A stretch of DNA of 64,000 nucleotides from Cirrosporium novae-zelandiae (GCA_026023565.1 JAPETS010000026.1:62001-126000); one strand, 5' to 3'. Positions 48,003 through 61,685 are shown, numbered from the stretch's first letter. Translations and numbers: made by a program. The notes: generated by a model not told the origin, from the letters alone.

Positions 48003-49952
48003 TAGTTGTGTGGTCAACACCCAAAGAGCTCGTTGAATCTCATTGAGATGAGATTATGGCTATTCTCAACTACGGGCGTGCTTTGGCTTGCAGGAGACAC
48101 AGCATTAGTATGCATCTTGTGAGCGGTAGAATAAAGAAGGCTTTATGTACAGAATATTGCAATATTAAACATTTGAGATCAGTTTAGTTATAGCAGTAGG
48201 GTCTTACCTGAGTAAGAGGAGTCAAGATATCATGGGATGCTTGGAGGGGACAGGAACACAGTTAGGCAGTAGTCAGATATGCTGTACAACGTCAAGGATG
48301 AGTGGTGATAGTTTTAATCGGGTCAGTTAAGGGTATCGATGTTAAAGAGAGGTTCAAATTAAAAAGCTGTTAGAATCGCTAGTTTGTGGTATTAAGTTGA
48401 ATTTCTGGTAGAAGTTGTTGGCGGAAGAAAAGGGGGTAAAAAAAGTCGAAAGAATACCTTGGAAGTCAACACACTGAAGGTCAACACAGCAGTCAAAAGA
48501 ATAAATCTTCTTATAGTTTGTTATTGTTGTTTGCAGATAGATTTAATCCATCATGTGAGAGGTAAAGTTGGTGTTGAAGATGTTGAAGCCAACAAACGTA
48601 GCATCTCTCGAAACGAAAAATAAGACCAAATATTCTAATCCGCAGGTCTCTAAGAGATACGTGTTCTTTATTAGCATCGATATCGGAAGCAAGCTTCTCG
48701 GCGATTATATTCATTCCCTGAAATAGATGACTTTAAAGTCCCTATTTACTGATCTCACATAATTTATTTAACTCCCGTTCAAGCATTGTCAAACACTGTC
48801 CGAACTTGGTGAGATTTTAGTCACTCCTATGTGTTTTCCTATAGATAATTATTCCCAAAAAGTCACCATAGACTACTACTTGTTGAATTAGCATCAATTT
48901 CTTGGATCCTCTTCTTTCTATAGTTAGAAGGGCTTGCCTCGAAAGCTGGTCAAGCAATAGGTTGTGTATGAGCCCAAGACTATATTATCAAAATATTGAC
49001 AATAGGATAGTCCTAACCTGTTCTTCATTGAGCAAACCTAGACGGAAAGTGTTCAAGGACCATCCGTTCATGATCGATTTCACATCGTGGCTTTTATAGG
49101 ATCTTTCAGGGGAGCCAAAACAAATGCAGTCAAAAAGGTTACAAACGAAGCATGTCAACAACATACAGATGGGATACAGCACAAAGGAGTTTCGGAAATT
49201 TGTGTGGGGGATTGAAAGCTGTTTGGGTAGGTATAATGTTGGTCGAGTAGACATACAAAACCACAATTCCCATTCTAAAGCTGTTAAGTAAGCCACCTTG
49301 TCTCTTTCAAGTCACTACAATGAACATATTTCCCACACAAACTTTCTCTCAACCCTCATTAAGTCTATTGGTATACTTCCCATAAATACTGTGGTATCAT
49401 AGCTGACCTTGTTGTGATTGAGAAAACTAGTGTGATAAGTGCCATTTAGGCTTTGAGAGAGTCAAACTATATATGGACTGTTAAGCCCACATCTTTAAGG
49501 CTGAAAGGCGAATGAATGTTTTTGAGGGAAAGTTGAATAGTTTACAAGTCTTGAAAAGTAATAAAGCAATGGAAAGAAAAGATGTAGTGTAATGAATTAC
49601 TCAAATGGGACCATATATAACAAGGTCCAAATAAGCTCCAGCAAGATACGCAAGGGTAGCTGAAGCACGGGCCATTTAAAAGGTTCTTCCATATCAAACG
49701 TCGTCCTCGGAATGCGAGAAACTCCGCCTGATTATTAATGTTCGAATGAATTACTGATCATATTTGAAATCACCCAGAAGTGTTTGCATTCATGTCGTAT
49801 ATAAATAATCACTGTGACCATATATCATTACAATTGATAACTTGTCTTTCCCTTTTCATACCATCATTTCCAGCCCTCTCAAGCTCTTGGAAAACTCTAA
49901 GGAATCATTGACAACTATCGCAGGCCCTTCTCTCACTTCTACCACACCTACA

Positions 49953-50904
49953 ATGGCATCTAAACCTCTCGCAATCATTGGAGGCGTCGGGCCCGGCACC
50001 GGTGCATCTGTGGCTCGCAAATTCGCTCGCTCCTACGCTGTTGTTCTCCTTGCCCGTAACCCTGCTAACTACGAGTCCCTGGTCAAAGAAATCAATTCCT
50101 CCGGAGGGAAAGCAGTTGGAATATCTACAGATATATCTAGTGCGAGTAGCATACATAGCGCGTTCGAAAAGATCAAAAGTGAGATGGGGAAGACGGGCGT
50201 GGCTGCAGCCGTGTTTAATGTATCGGGAGGCTTTGTCAAGAAACCATTTTTACAGCTGAATCTAGAGGAATTCGAGAGCGGGTTCGAGGCAAACTGGTGA
50301 GAAAAAGAAGCAACTCTTCCTTATTTATCAAAGAGAAGCCAAATCAATTTCTAACATTCCATGTCTCACCCACAGCAAAGGCGCCTTCCTCTTCTCCCAA
50401 GCCGTCCTCCCCCTCCTCCTCTCCACTGTTGATGCCAAACCCGAACACCCCCCGACTCTGATCTTCACCGGTGCTACAGCCTCCGTGAAAAGCTCTGCTA
50501 CTTCAGCCACTTTTGCATCAGGCAAATTCGCCCTGCGTGCCCTATCGCAGAGCCTGGCACGAGAGTTCGGACCACAGGGAATTCATGTCTCGCATGCCAT
50601 TATCGATGGTGTGATCGACCTTGAGAGGACGAAAAATTGGGTTCTTAGTGATAAGCCCGACGCAAAGATAAGCCCAGATGCGGTAAGCACCCCATCACAT
50701 TTCTTCACCCCACTTTCCCCATATACTCTATTAGACAGAGAAAGGAACCCCCTACCATAACTCTGGCTCCAACAAACCTTCCCAGCTGACATCTATACCT
50801 CTTCCCCCGTCTAGATTGCCGACTCATACTGGTACCTTCACACGCAACCACGCTCCTGCTTCGCCAGCGAAATCGACCTCAGACCTTGGGTTGAAAAATG
50901 GTGA
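49953..50904 (+). CDS. Short-chain dehydrogenase/reductase
   Basis: It has a Rossmann motif (IIGGVGPGTGASVA), AVFNVSG, LIFTGATAS, FASGKFALRALSQSLAREFGPQGIHVSHAIIDGVID and a terminal EIDLRPWVEKW*. Two introns. Confidence 0.9.
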
Positions 50905-51184
50905 TTCTACGCCTTACACCTAGCTAGCGTCACGTTAGCGTCACGTTCTCAACATGGCTGATCTGTTGAGGAGGCCTGATGAACCTCGCAATGCATCTGC
51001 TGGTGATATTAAATCCGAATCGGCCTCCACAGGCCTGAAACTAGTTGCTGGATCGAAGTTGTAGTGCATTACATGTCTATGAAAATAAAAAAAATAAAAA
51101 ATGGAAAATGCGTCGATATTATGAGTTATGAAATAATAAAACTGTTGTAAATAATATCCTAGGAGGTCCACTTAGTAGTAGGCC

Positions 51185-52444
51185 GACTGTAGAGAGACTA
51201 CATGCGTACCGCATGTATACCTTAGATACCCAGACTAGGGCTAGGGATGACTTACTAATCCCTTAGTAAGTCTGCACCACAAAAGGGGACACCTACACTT
51301 AGTAGTCCCTTAAGGAAATACAACTACTTGTTACGCACCCTTTTCTTCCCCGACAATTAAGTGAAGTGTAATATTTCACAACAAAAACTATTTTATTCTA
51401 TATATACATGTTTCATTTCATTGCATTACAAAAAGCCTATCACCTACTTACTCTAGATATCTACCTCAAAGAATCTTTCAACATAACAAACTTCTAAAAA
51501 CCCACCAACCAGTACAGGGTAGATACCCAGGTACCTAGGTAGATATACAGAAAGCCCCCCCCGCCATCTCGAACACAAGCCCAACAAAAGCCAAAGACCA
51601 AGATCCGTTCACCTACTAACCCCAACCCCAACCCAACAGAGTTCAAAGGCTTAGTTAGAACCGCAGCTAACTTATAGTAGTTGACTGAAAACGCCTCTTA
51701 TATGCGAGCACGCTGGGGTGGTTTGGGTGGGTGAGCAGCGAAGGGAATGGACCAGACCAAATAGACGATCTGACCCCGACCGACCAGACCGACCAGACCG
51801 AGCTCTTTGATAGACCGACCAGACCTTGATTGCCCAAGGTCGATTTTGGTCTATCACGTGTATATATTATGGTGGAGTAAGTGGGCATGCCCACTTACCT
51901 CTGTATAAACCCCCCCCCCTAATAAAAGCAATCTGGTTTAGTTTCTTTTTCGGAGGGTTATAAGGGTCAGCGAGAGTCTAAGGATTGAGGAGACATCGAG
52001 TTATCCATCCACCCATCTATGAATCAATCAAAAAGATTTTTGATTTGCTTATCCAACTATATACCCAATTAGGGAACCATTCATTCAATCAATCAATTAG
52101 TTATTCATATTTCTATTCTATAAGTTGGGGGTCTACTGCCTACGATTACACCCCCGTCCATTTGCAATTATCGACACAATGCCCGAATCAGTACACGACT
52201 ACTATGGCTATAAGCATTACCTTAGGGTTTGGTTTGTTTGCTGTTCCTATGACTTGAAAGTACGTACAGTCCATGAGCATACAGACACACTCCACCACAA
52301 TATGTATATATATATAGTATATTACTGAAGTACTTAGATAGATATATGATATATTTTTATTTCGTAGAGATAAGATAAGGTATTGTGAATCGGAGATGTA
52401 AAATTTCAATCCGCGCTCCGCGCGGCCCGTGTTATGTGACTGTA
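51185..52444. mobile_element. Putative non-autonomous hairpin-rich element bounded by a GACTGTA direct repeat
   Basis: GACTGTA occurs at 51185-51191 and 52438-52444. Perfect hairpins lie at 51199-51217, 51249-51272 and 52411-52425, with a 22-bp palindrome at 51877-51898 and a GACCAGACC array at 51750-51825. No credible ORF. Confidence 0.5.
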
Positions 52445-52930
52445 TTAGGTGATATTATGTGACCGACAGTCTGGTCCATTCCCTTCACTGTGGGTGAGTC
52501 ATGGGGATAGTTACACAGCATAGAGTATACATTTATGCGGAGGCGGAGGATTTTTGTTTGGTGGGGAAGGATACCGCCCCCCTCCAGGGGTCACTCACCA
52601 TGAGACAGATCGTACTAACAAACTAACAAACAAACTAAGCAAGCCTAAAATACAATTGATGTAAAGAGGGAAAAGAAAGAGGAAGAGGATATTGTTTTGT
52701 TTAGTTTTTCATTAATTATCTATGGGGTACTTATATATTTCCCATATATTTCCCTCCACTAGGCCCTAGGGTTATTCTAAATCTTATATGATCCCCACTA
52801 ACCATGAAAATATTTTATAACGCTGATATGACATGCACGGCCCCCTTACCCTCCTTTCTCTCCCCATATCTCATAAATCATTTACGCCATCATTTAGAAA
52901 ACCCCCATGAGAAATTACTTCAAGAAAGTC

Positions 52931-55397
52931 TCACAGAACCAAAACCCCTAATAGTGCCACTACTATCATGCCCAACTCCGCTCGCGCCAACTCTCCAGCC
53001 TCGGCTTTCGAAGTTGTTGTTGTCTTCGTAGTAGCAGCCGTACTCGCCTCACTAACTTCACTTGTTATCGATGAAGTCTTTTTCTTCTCTATGGTTGTAG
53101 TTGTTGTTATTTTTGATGTTGATGTTTTGCTCTTTGTGTTTTTCTCCGCAGCTGAGGTTTCTGTGCTTTTTATACTGATGACGGTTTCAATGGTTTGGCC
53201 GGCGCTGTTTGTAGTGAGTATCGTACTCTCGCCTGGAGAGAGTGTTTGTGTTTTCGCGGGGATAATGACGAGAGGGGAATTCGTGTTAGTGAGGCTTTCT
53301 AAAGGTACTGTAATAGTTCCACCGACAACGACAACGATTTCACCGGCAGTGTTTGTCGTGAGTGCGAGGACGGTAGTAGGACTTCCGCCATCATTTTCAT
53401 CGCCAATGGTGATGCTACCACCTTGTGAGAGTGTTTGGCTGTCAATTACAAGATCACCATTTGATTCCGCCGAGGCTGTCTCGGAACCTCCTCCCAGCCC
53501 ACTGATTATGTATGCCCCAAGCCCTATTGATGTCACTACCTCTTTCTCGCTCGATGTTGGTAGAACTTGTATTTTTATGGCGTCGACCGGCACGACGATT
53601 GAGCCTGCAGCATTGGTTGCAAGAGCGTAGACGGTAGCGGAGATTCCGGTGCCGATCGTAATGGTCTGGCCTGCGTGTAATGTTTGGCCGCCGATAACGA
53701 CCGCAAGAGATGTGACCGCTGGGAGGGGTGAGGTACTGCCTCCGATGACGATGGCAGTAGATCCTGAGTTGTCGGTGGTTAAGGCGATGATCGTGGTGGA
53801 GCTGCCGGAACCGAGTGTGACCGGGTTATTCGTTGCGAGGGTCTGGCCTGAGATAATGTATTCGGAGGCCGAATTTTGGTTATAAGTTTGAGAGCCGATG
53901 ATGATTGCGGCAGGTGAAACGGTTGGCTTTTCGACATATAAGGCATATGAGACGGCGGAGAAGACGATTGTACTACTGCCCCCCACAATTGCATGGGTCT
54001 GTCCAGCGAATGTGGTAATAGCAATTGGGACATTGCTAACCGTGATTGTTTTTCCAATCTCTACTGGTTGGCTGCCAATGACCATAACAGGAGTGCTTGT
54101 GGTCTGGCCAGATATCACAGTGGGTACAAAGACTGTGCTGTACGGAATAGTTTGTGATCCGACCACTATGGATTGCGGTTGGTTAGGACTAGTGGTTGCC
54201 TCGTTTGAAGGAGAATTATTCACTACGGTGACATAACTGGCAGTGATTTGTTGCTCTGTAGCTGGGGCATCTGGGGTCTCCGTATTCTGTACGGCTGTCT
54301 GCTGGGGTGATTGGGTCTCCTTTACTTCTGTTGTGTGGGTGGGCTCGGATATTTCCACAGGGGTTTTTATAGAAGATAAGGGATGCGTTTCCTTTGCATC
54401 CGTCGTGATCTTTGCATACGTCGAGGCTGGAGTAGGTTGTTGTTTCTTAATATTAGTATCAGCAACAGTAGTAGTTTTTGTTAGGAATGTGACTCCCATG
54501 ACATTTATATAAGCTCCTTGACTGATTAACGCGCATGTCTGGAAAGCTGCTTCATCTGCAAACGCGGTCCTGAAGAAAGAGTATAAGGGTGTGGTTTCCA
54601 TGTCAGCAGGGGCAAACCAAAAAGGTCTGTAACGTAGCCCTTTAGGGTCGGCACTATCAGTTGGGAATTTGGTCTCTTGGGGATACGCAGGATGAGACTT
54701 TAATGTTTCAGTTAATGGGCCAGGGACTGCTGTTACGCAGACAGACTGCGAGCCATTGACTGTCGTCGAGAGTTGCCCCCACCATGAGTATTCAGAGGCA
54801 TAGGTCATGTACCGACTTGGATATGTACTATATTTCATGTTCAGATATATCTCACACAATCATATTAGGAAGCATACATGTCAGTTGTGAAGTTGATACC
54901 ATTCGTCCCAAGTGCAGTCACTCTAGTTGTTTGCGTTCCATCCGAGTTGGTTTGAATAAAACTATAGCCACTTGGAAGTGATGCATACTCTGTAACAGTT
55001 CTCGTAGAATTGGTCGCGTTATTAACGTAATATAATACTGTTGCGGCAGTAACAGTTATACTATATGGTGGATTTGTCCAACCTATGCCGCCGACATGAG
55101 GATACTCGGCATCGCAACTTATCACACATGGCCCTGGATATGCAAAAGTAGATAGATTTGAAGAGACTGTAGGTGTAGGGGTGAAGTTGTAAGGAACGAA
55201 GGTTTGAGGAAAGCTCGTCGTCTTGGTAATATAACTAGAGGAGTTTAGAGCTTTTGTTTGGTAGCAATTAGCAATGTGGAAAGTATCAGCTCGGGATGAA
55301 ACAGAGACCTACGTGCAGTTTCCCAAGTTACTGTAGAAAGCGAAGCCTGCGTAAGAGATGAGCATAGGATGCCGGTGAATACGATTGAAAGAAGCAT
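52931..55397 (-). CDS. Ser/Thr-rich GPI-anchored cell wall protein with repeated (I/V)GSQT/GGQT motifs
   Basis: It begins with a signal peptide, MLLSIVFTGILCSSLTQA (ATG at 55397), and has two introns. The stalk is Thr-rich with VVGSQT/IIGSQT/ISGQT/IGGQT/IDSQT repeats. The hydrophobic C-terminus is LGMIVVALLGVLVL*. Confidence 0.8.
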
Positions 55398-56196
55398 GAC
55401 GGCAGATCAAATACTGGAAAACACAATAAAATAACAATACTCGGAGGAGAATCATGGAATATAAAAAAACAGGAAAGCTGATATCCAGGCAGATATAAAT
55501 GTGGCAAAAGGATCATTGTCCTAAATCTAAGGATCATGATCCTAGATCCAGACAAGGCAGATTTCTTAGGCCGGAAGAGAGATTTTAATCCTAGGGTTAT
55601 AGCAACAAATGGGACTCAGACGTCGAGATAGTCATGAAAAAGGGAGGTTGAGCCGTGTTTATTGCACGGTGGAAGGAGCTAAAACGGTTATACAACATGT
55701 GTACGACAGTAATCATGCAGGTCTCGGAGAGATTTGTGATGTAGTTGCACAATATCTCACAAAAAGAATATGGCGGTTGGAATAGATCAAATGGCCCGAG
55801 GGTGGAACCAAAAAGGAACGCTACAGTATACACTTCGGAAGGCCTCATGTGAAGAACAAATGTAGATATTGTCATTTTTTTGGTTCCACCCTTGATCCTG
55901 TGCTGGGAAAATCGGGGGAAACCTTGATCCAATCAATCCCAAATCTTGACCAGGCTAGCTACACAAAATTCCTTCGACGTAAAAGCAAAGAAAGTTACAA
56001 TCCTGAGAGCAATCCTATTTCCTGTTACGTTCGGTCATTAGACAGATGACTAGATAATTTATCCATCATGCATATGGGCAGATCAAGTCAGTCCCCTCAT
56101 GTTGCTTTTTCTTCAGTCCTCTCCCGGGTTATTATTATTTCTGTGTAGCCAAGTTGCTTATTAGCTACAAATATCTTATTTTATTTTCTTGTGGTA

Positions 56197-57967
56197 ATGA
56201 AAAACTCATCTAATTCATTCGCAATTGTTCTGATTTGTTTGGTCTATTATGGCCAACTTGTTTCATCTACAAACACAAGTGCTATCCCCCGAAGCATTCC
56301 GGCGAGCCAACATTGGTACGTCGACAGAATGAAAAAAGCTAAGAAGTTAACAAACCAACTATCTCTAATACTTTACTAGGGACGGAGACGATGGTCCATG
56401 GTCTTCGTTCGGTATTCTCGTCGGTACGCCATCGCAAAATGTACGAGTTTTGCCATCATTTGGTGAATCCTCTACATGGGTGATTCTTCCCGAAGGCTGC
56501 ATTTCAACAGATCCTAGCAACTGCGGCTATCTTCGCGGCTACTTGTTCGAAAGGAACGAGTCAACGACGTGGAAGGAATTGGGTCTCTACACCCTAGAGC
56601 TTTATGAGCAGAGTCAATTGGGATACGGTGGGAATGGCCTCTACGGTTTCGACACCCTCGAGCTAGGATGGCAAGGTAAGGGGCTCCCCACGCTTGAGAA
56701 TCAAGTCATCGCCGGCATTGCAACAAAGGACTTTTATATTGGATCTTTTCCTCTAAATCCTCGCCCAATGAATTTCACCGATTTCAACGACCCGCAAACC
56801 AGCATGCTACAAACTTTAAGGAACAATGGTTTAATCCCCAGCTTGTCGTGGGCATATCATGCTGGAGCCTATAATCATCGTCCAGAAGTATGGGGGAGTC
56901 TAGTTCTAGGAGGGTATGATTCAACTCGATTCACTCCAAATAATCTCACTATCGGCTTCGGTCCTGAGGACGCTCGAGACCTTCTAGTCACGATTCAGTC
57001 GGTCACAACCAACGCCACAAACTCAAAACTTCTTTCATCTAGTATACAGGCCTATCTTGACACAACGGTTTCGCATATATGGCTACCTATTTCAGTGTGC
57101 CTAGCCTTTGAAAATGCTTTCGGTATAAAATATGACAACGCGACTGATTTGTATTTTGTTAGCGACGATACACATACCAAGCTGATTTCAACAAATCCCA
57201 CCATCACATTCACAATTTCTGACTCACTATCAGGTAATGAGTCAGTAGAGATTACTTTTCCTTACAGTAGCTTTGATCTCACAGTCACTTCCCCCATTGT
57301 CAACAGCTCAACACGATATTTCCCCTTGAGACGAGCCCACAACGATACGCAATACACTTTCGGTCGTGCATTTCTTCAAAATGCATACGTCATAGCCGAC
57401 TACGATCGCTCCAACTTCTCAGTCTCCCAAGCTATTTTCCCAAATTCCTCGGTCTCTGAAAACCTTGTTGCGATTATCGCACCTAGCAATATCCCAACCG
57501 ACTCGAATCCAGCATCATTATCAAGAAAACTAGACACCGGAGCTCTGGTCGGGATCATAATTGCAGGGGTTATCGCGATCCTCGTTTTCCCCATCGGGGT
57601 AGTTGTCATGTACCGTCGCAGAAGAAGACACAGCCAAGCAACAGCAAATAACAATATGGATCCCGCAGATCCATCGAGCAAATTTGTCGGACTAAGTGCC
57701 AAAGGCAAAAAATCTGTGGGCCCTGGCGCCGAACTTGTAGGAGACGAGACACAGAGAACGGAACTTGCCAATGAAGAGAACCCTAACATGCATAGCGCGG
57801 AGCTCGCTGGCGATGACGTCCATAGATCGGAGCTCCAAGGAACAATTACAAATGCACATGAGAATATTTACGAGATGCCTGCTGAGGTTATTTTACCCGA
57901 ACTTCCAGGTCAGAGAACATCATCTATGGAGAAGGATTATACACTCCTTGGTGATAACAACCACTGA
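56197..57967 (+). CDS. Membrane-anchored pepsin-fold (A1 family) protein, probably non-catalytic
   Basis: A signal peptide precedes ASQHW|DGDDGPWSSFGILVGTPSQNVRVLPS, GSLVLGGYDSTRF, AYLDTTVSHIWLP and FGRAFLQNAYVIADYD. A TM helix (GALVGIIIAGVIAILVFPIGVVVMY) is followed by RRRRR. Confidence 0.85.
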
Positions 57968-58795
57968 GATGCGCTCTCTTGAACCACCCCGGAAGCTGAA
58001 ATCGAACCATCTTTTTGAGAGGTAACTAGTAGCTCATCTCCAACATCTACAAAGGCCTGACAGTGATGGATTCTCCAGAAAATACCGGATAATCCATCCT
58101 CAAACCATTTCCATCCCCCGTCCCCCTCACAAAACCTACATACAAGCTTGAGCAACGACAGCGAACGCTCATCCATCACACTCTTCACTCTCGGCCAAGA
58201 AAAAAACAGGCAATATACATCCATACAATCTTATTTCATTCTATCTTAACGCATTCAAATCCACGTCCACACCTGTATGGAACCTAATTCTATCTCAGAA
58301 ATAAGTTTCTAGGTAGTTCGCTCATCCAGATACAAGGCAGGGACTGATTTGATTTTCATTCCCATTCCTGCTATATAATTTGATAAGGAGCTAATTGTAT
58401 GAAGGAATTTGTAGACGTGTTGGTGGTTGGAATGGCTGGATGGGTGAGTTGGGATGGATGCTTTTGTGGTGCTTCATTAACAAAATAGATGACCGTTAGT
58501 ATTTTGTGTTTTGAGGGTTGGATCTTGATTTTTTAGGATTACGGTAGAACTACTATAGGGTTTTAAAATGGACAAGTGATGGCCATATTAAATAAAAGTA
58601 ATAATGTTTTATACGTACTATATTAAGTGGATCTAGTATATACTGATAATGTATGGACTTTTTCTATTGTGTACGGAATCGTTTCCTCGTGGGTAACGGA
58701 AAACTCCCAATCTATGGCAAGAACTACGGAGACTCGTCGATCCGTGATAGCTATTCGTCATTGCAAACACTTCATCCGGTTCCATCTTCCTTTGC

Positions 58796-60958
58796 TCAAT
58801 CCTCTGCTACCTTTCTAGTACTAGGAATTTCATTCTCAATACCGATACCAATATCTTTCATGGCACCCTCCACATTCGCATCTCCATAGTCAAGCTCAGG
58901 CATGACCCAATTTTTCGGTTTCTCCGCCTCGTCATAAAAGACTGGGTCTTTCCAACCAGCTATTTTCTCGTTTGCCGTGAACATGAAAAAACTGATATGA
59001 GTAGAGTAGGCTTCTTCAAGATACGAGATACCACAATTAAGGGTTCGGATTTCAGCGTCAATTTTCATACCCACGAAACAGTGTTCCAGGACGTCAGACT
59101 CAAGAAATAATTCAAGGTCATAGTGACTAGGAGGAGGAGGATTGGCAGCATTATACTTAGCGCGGCTTTCCTCTTCGGCTTCTTCCTCTAGTGTAAGGTC
59201 TTCTGGCGCTGCACGGGGATTCCGCCAGTAGCGGACTTGCAACCTTCCCAAGGCTTGAAGTTCTGGAGCATTTTCATGGTAGAATTTCTTAGCATCCTCC
59301 GTGGGAGGAATAATATTTGTGACTTCAATTCCACAACGTTCAGCTTTCTCGGGCCAGTTTTGTCCCTCCTCATCCAATTCAGCAAATTTCTTGCACTGAT
59401 CATTAGTTCCACACCATGCCAACCCCATTTTTACAATCTTTTTGGCAAGCTCGTCTTGAATTCCCTCGAAAGTACCATCTTCCTTTTTCTCCTCCTCTGC
59501 CCACTCCATCCCAACACTGCGCATGCGGCGGTAGACGCCATGAAAGAGGGTAGAGCAAGACATGTTGAACGAGCCAGGAAGCCAGCGATCTGCTTGTCTA
59601 CTAGACCACAGCTCCTTAGTGGCAAGAGTGCAGATATCGCGAGCGGCGTATATTTGATTGTTGTATTCTGGACAGACGTCATGGTGGAGGAGGTAGTTGA
59701 GGAAATTGAATATTATGTTCGTATAGTATTTCACATCCTTTTCAGTGTCTAATCCGTAGTACTGAGGCACATAAGAGGATCTTTGGACACAAATGTTAGC
59801 CGGGCTTCTAGAAAGAAGAGAAGGCTGATAGTTCTTAAAGGGTATGATGAATAAGCATACAGGAACCCCTTGACACAGTGTTCAAAGTCCACAACCCATG
59901 GGCAGCCTTTTTGTCCAGCTTCATATTTGTCGGTGCAGACATAGTTAATAGCAGTTCGTGTAGCGATCTCTTTGGCATCTAGTTGTTTAAGTTCTGCTTG
60001 ATCAATGCCACCCGTAAACATCCTTGGGTTGGAATCAACTCCGCCGTACGTCATGTATTTGTCAAAGAAGTCTTTCCGGGAGGAGTCAAAATTTCGGCGT
60101 GCACGATACCGCTGAATGGCTGTCTCAATTCGACTATATAATATTAGTCGAGGGTTCGACGATATGGTTATAGGGCTCACAATGCGAAGGGGTTAGCTCT
60201 GCGGTTAATGTTAGCAGAGTTGTAACTTGGTGATTTTTAGGAATCTCACTTGTCATAGAGTTTCTGCTCTTCCGTGGCCTCTGCAGGTGTAGTGGGTGGG
60301 TCCACGTAGTATTCCTCGAACCCGGTGGGAGCTTTCTGGAGTCATGGTCAGTATACTATTCGATGCCAGGCAAAATAGATAGACGTACAATCCCTCTTTG
60401 TGACTTTGACTTCTTTTTCTTCTTTTTCTTCTTTTCCGCCATGATTGGTGATGCATCGATCTGTTCATCGTCGGCCATGGCACCACTATCGACATCACTA
60501 TTTCCAGATGGCTTTTTCTTTGCTGTTTCAGGATTATCTTGAATGGGAGAGCCATTAGTCTTCACAGTATCAGTAGTTTCCTTTAGTCCTTCGGGTAGTG
60601 AAACACTGGTCAGGCTAGTTGGATTGTTGGTAGATCCAGTATGGAGGAGAGGAATAAATTCTGTTACACCAAAATCCACCTGCTTCCGCAGTTCAGCGGT
60701 TGGGGCATCAGTCTTCTGAGTATTATTGAAGTCATCCTTAGAGCCATTCTTGACAGGTATATCTTGAAGAGGTAAGAAATTATAATGGTTGGAGGCAATA
60801 ATAGGACCATTATCTAGAGAACGGTCTTGAACAGATGTGTGGGCAATTTCGGCAGATTCGGCAGTTTTCTGAGCATCATTTGTAGTACTGAAACTGTCAT
60901 TGCTCTCATGAGCTTCAGTCAAATCTGTCTCAGGTTTAGGAGGATCCATATCAGACAT
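58796..60958 (-). CDS. ARB1: Argonaute-binding protein Arb1 (ARC complex subunit)
   Basis: It shows KKKKKKKSKSQRG, PTGFEEYYVDPPTTPAEATEE, RIETAIQRYRARRNF, FFDKYMTYGGVDSNPRMFTG, WVVDFEHCVKGFL, NFLNYLLHHDVCPEY and WLPGSFNMSCSTLF. It includes an 18-nt micro-exon at 60198-60181. Confidence 0.88.
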
Positions 60959-61685
60959 TGTTTTCAAGCGTTAAGATCAGCTCAGTTGAAAGAAGAGAAA
61001 GGATAGAATGTCTTGAAGTGAAGAGTAGAAAGAAAGGAAGGTTTCATGAAGTAAAGGACCTTTTAGGTGTTAAGGAAAAGATATAAGTGAGTATTGTTTG
61101 CGAGATGGGGAGCAATCCATTCACTTTAGCAGATGGAAGTTGTAGGAGTTCTGCAGCAGGTACTGTAACCTTCCATGGTATGGAAGCTCAGGTTTAATAC
61201 TTGTATAGACCTCTTAAAAAAATATGATTAATCGGCAAAATACAGAAAATACTTAGAGACCTAAAGAATTGTTGTACACTGATGAGGTTCTTCAACCAAT
61301 GTTAAGATATCGGAAGGAATTACGGCCTCCGATGGAAGTAAATATCTAAAGCTTTGGTCGAAATGTGGCACTTGCATTTATTACTATCCCCTGTCCCGAA
61401 AGCCTGTTTATTAAGGCTGAGCGCCGACAGGCAAGTAATTAGTGAGTGGGTGTGGGGTCGGTGAATCTGCATCCTAAGTGGGCTGAATGTTGCCCAGTCT
61501 GACAACCCCCAAGGCTCTCCAACGCATAGCCACAAGACCTGATGATTATAAACTTCCTTCTATTCCTTCTCAATATCTCATTCTCCTTCAATATCCCCTC
61601 TTGAGCTTTTCAAACCATTTTCCAAGGAGTGGATGATTTTTTTCCTCATCTCCTAGAGGAACCCTCATCTAAAATTGCTTCTACC

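Noticed and set aside
48511..49296. Minus-strand ORF fragments as a relic gene
   Set aside because: No motif or consistent splice structure could be established.
51667..52409. Short ORFs inside the hairpin-rich element as protein genes
   Set aside because: They are low-complexity translations of repeats (SVWSVWSV), several with non-ATG starts and no domain signal.
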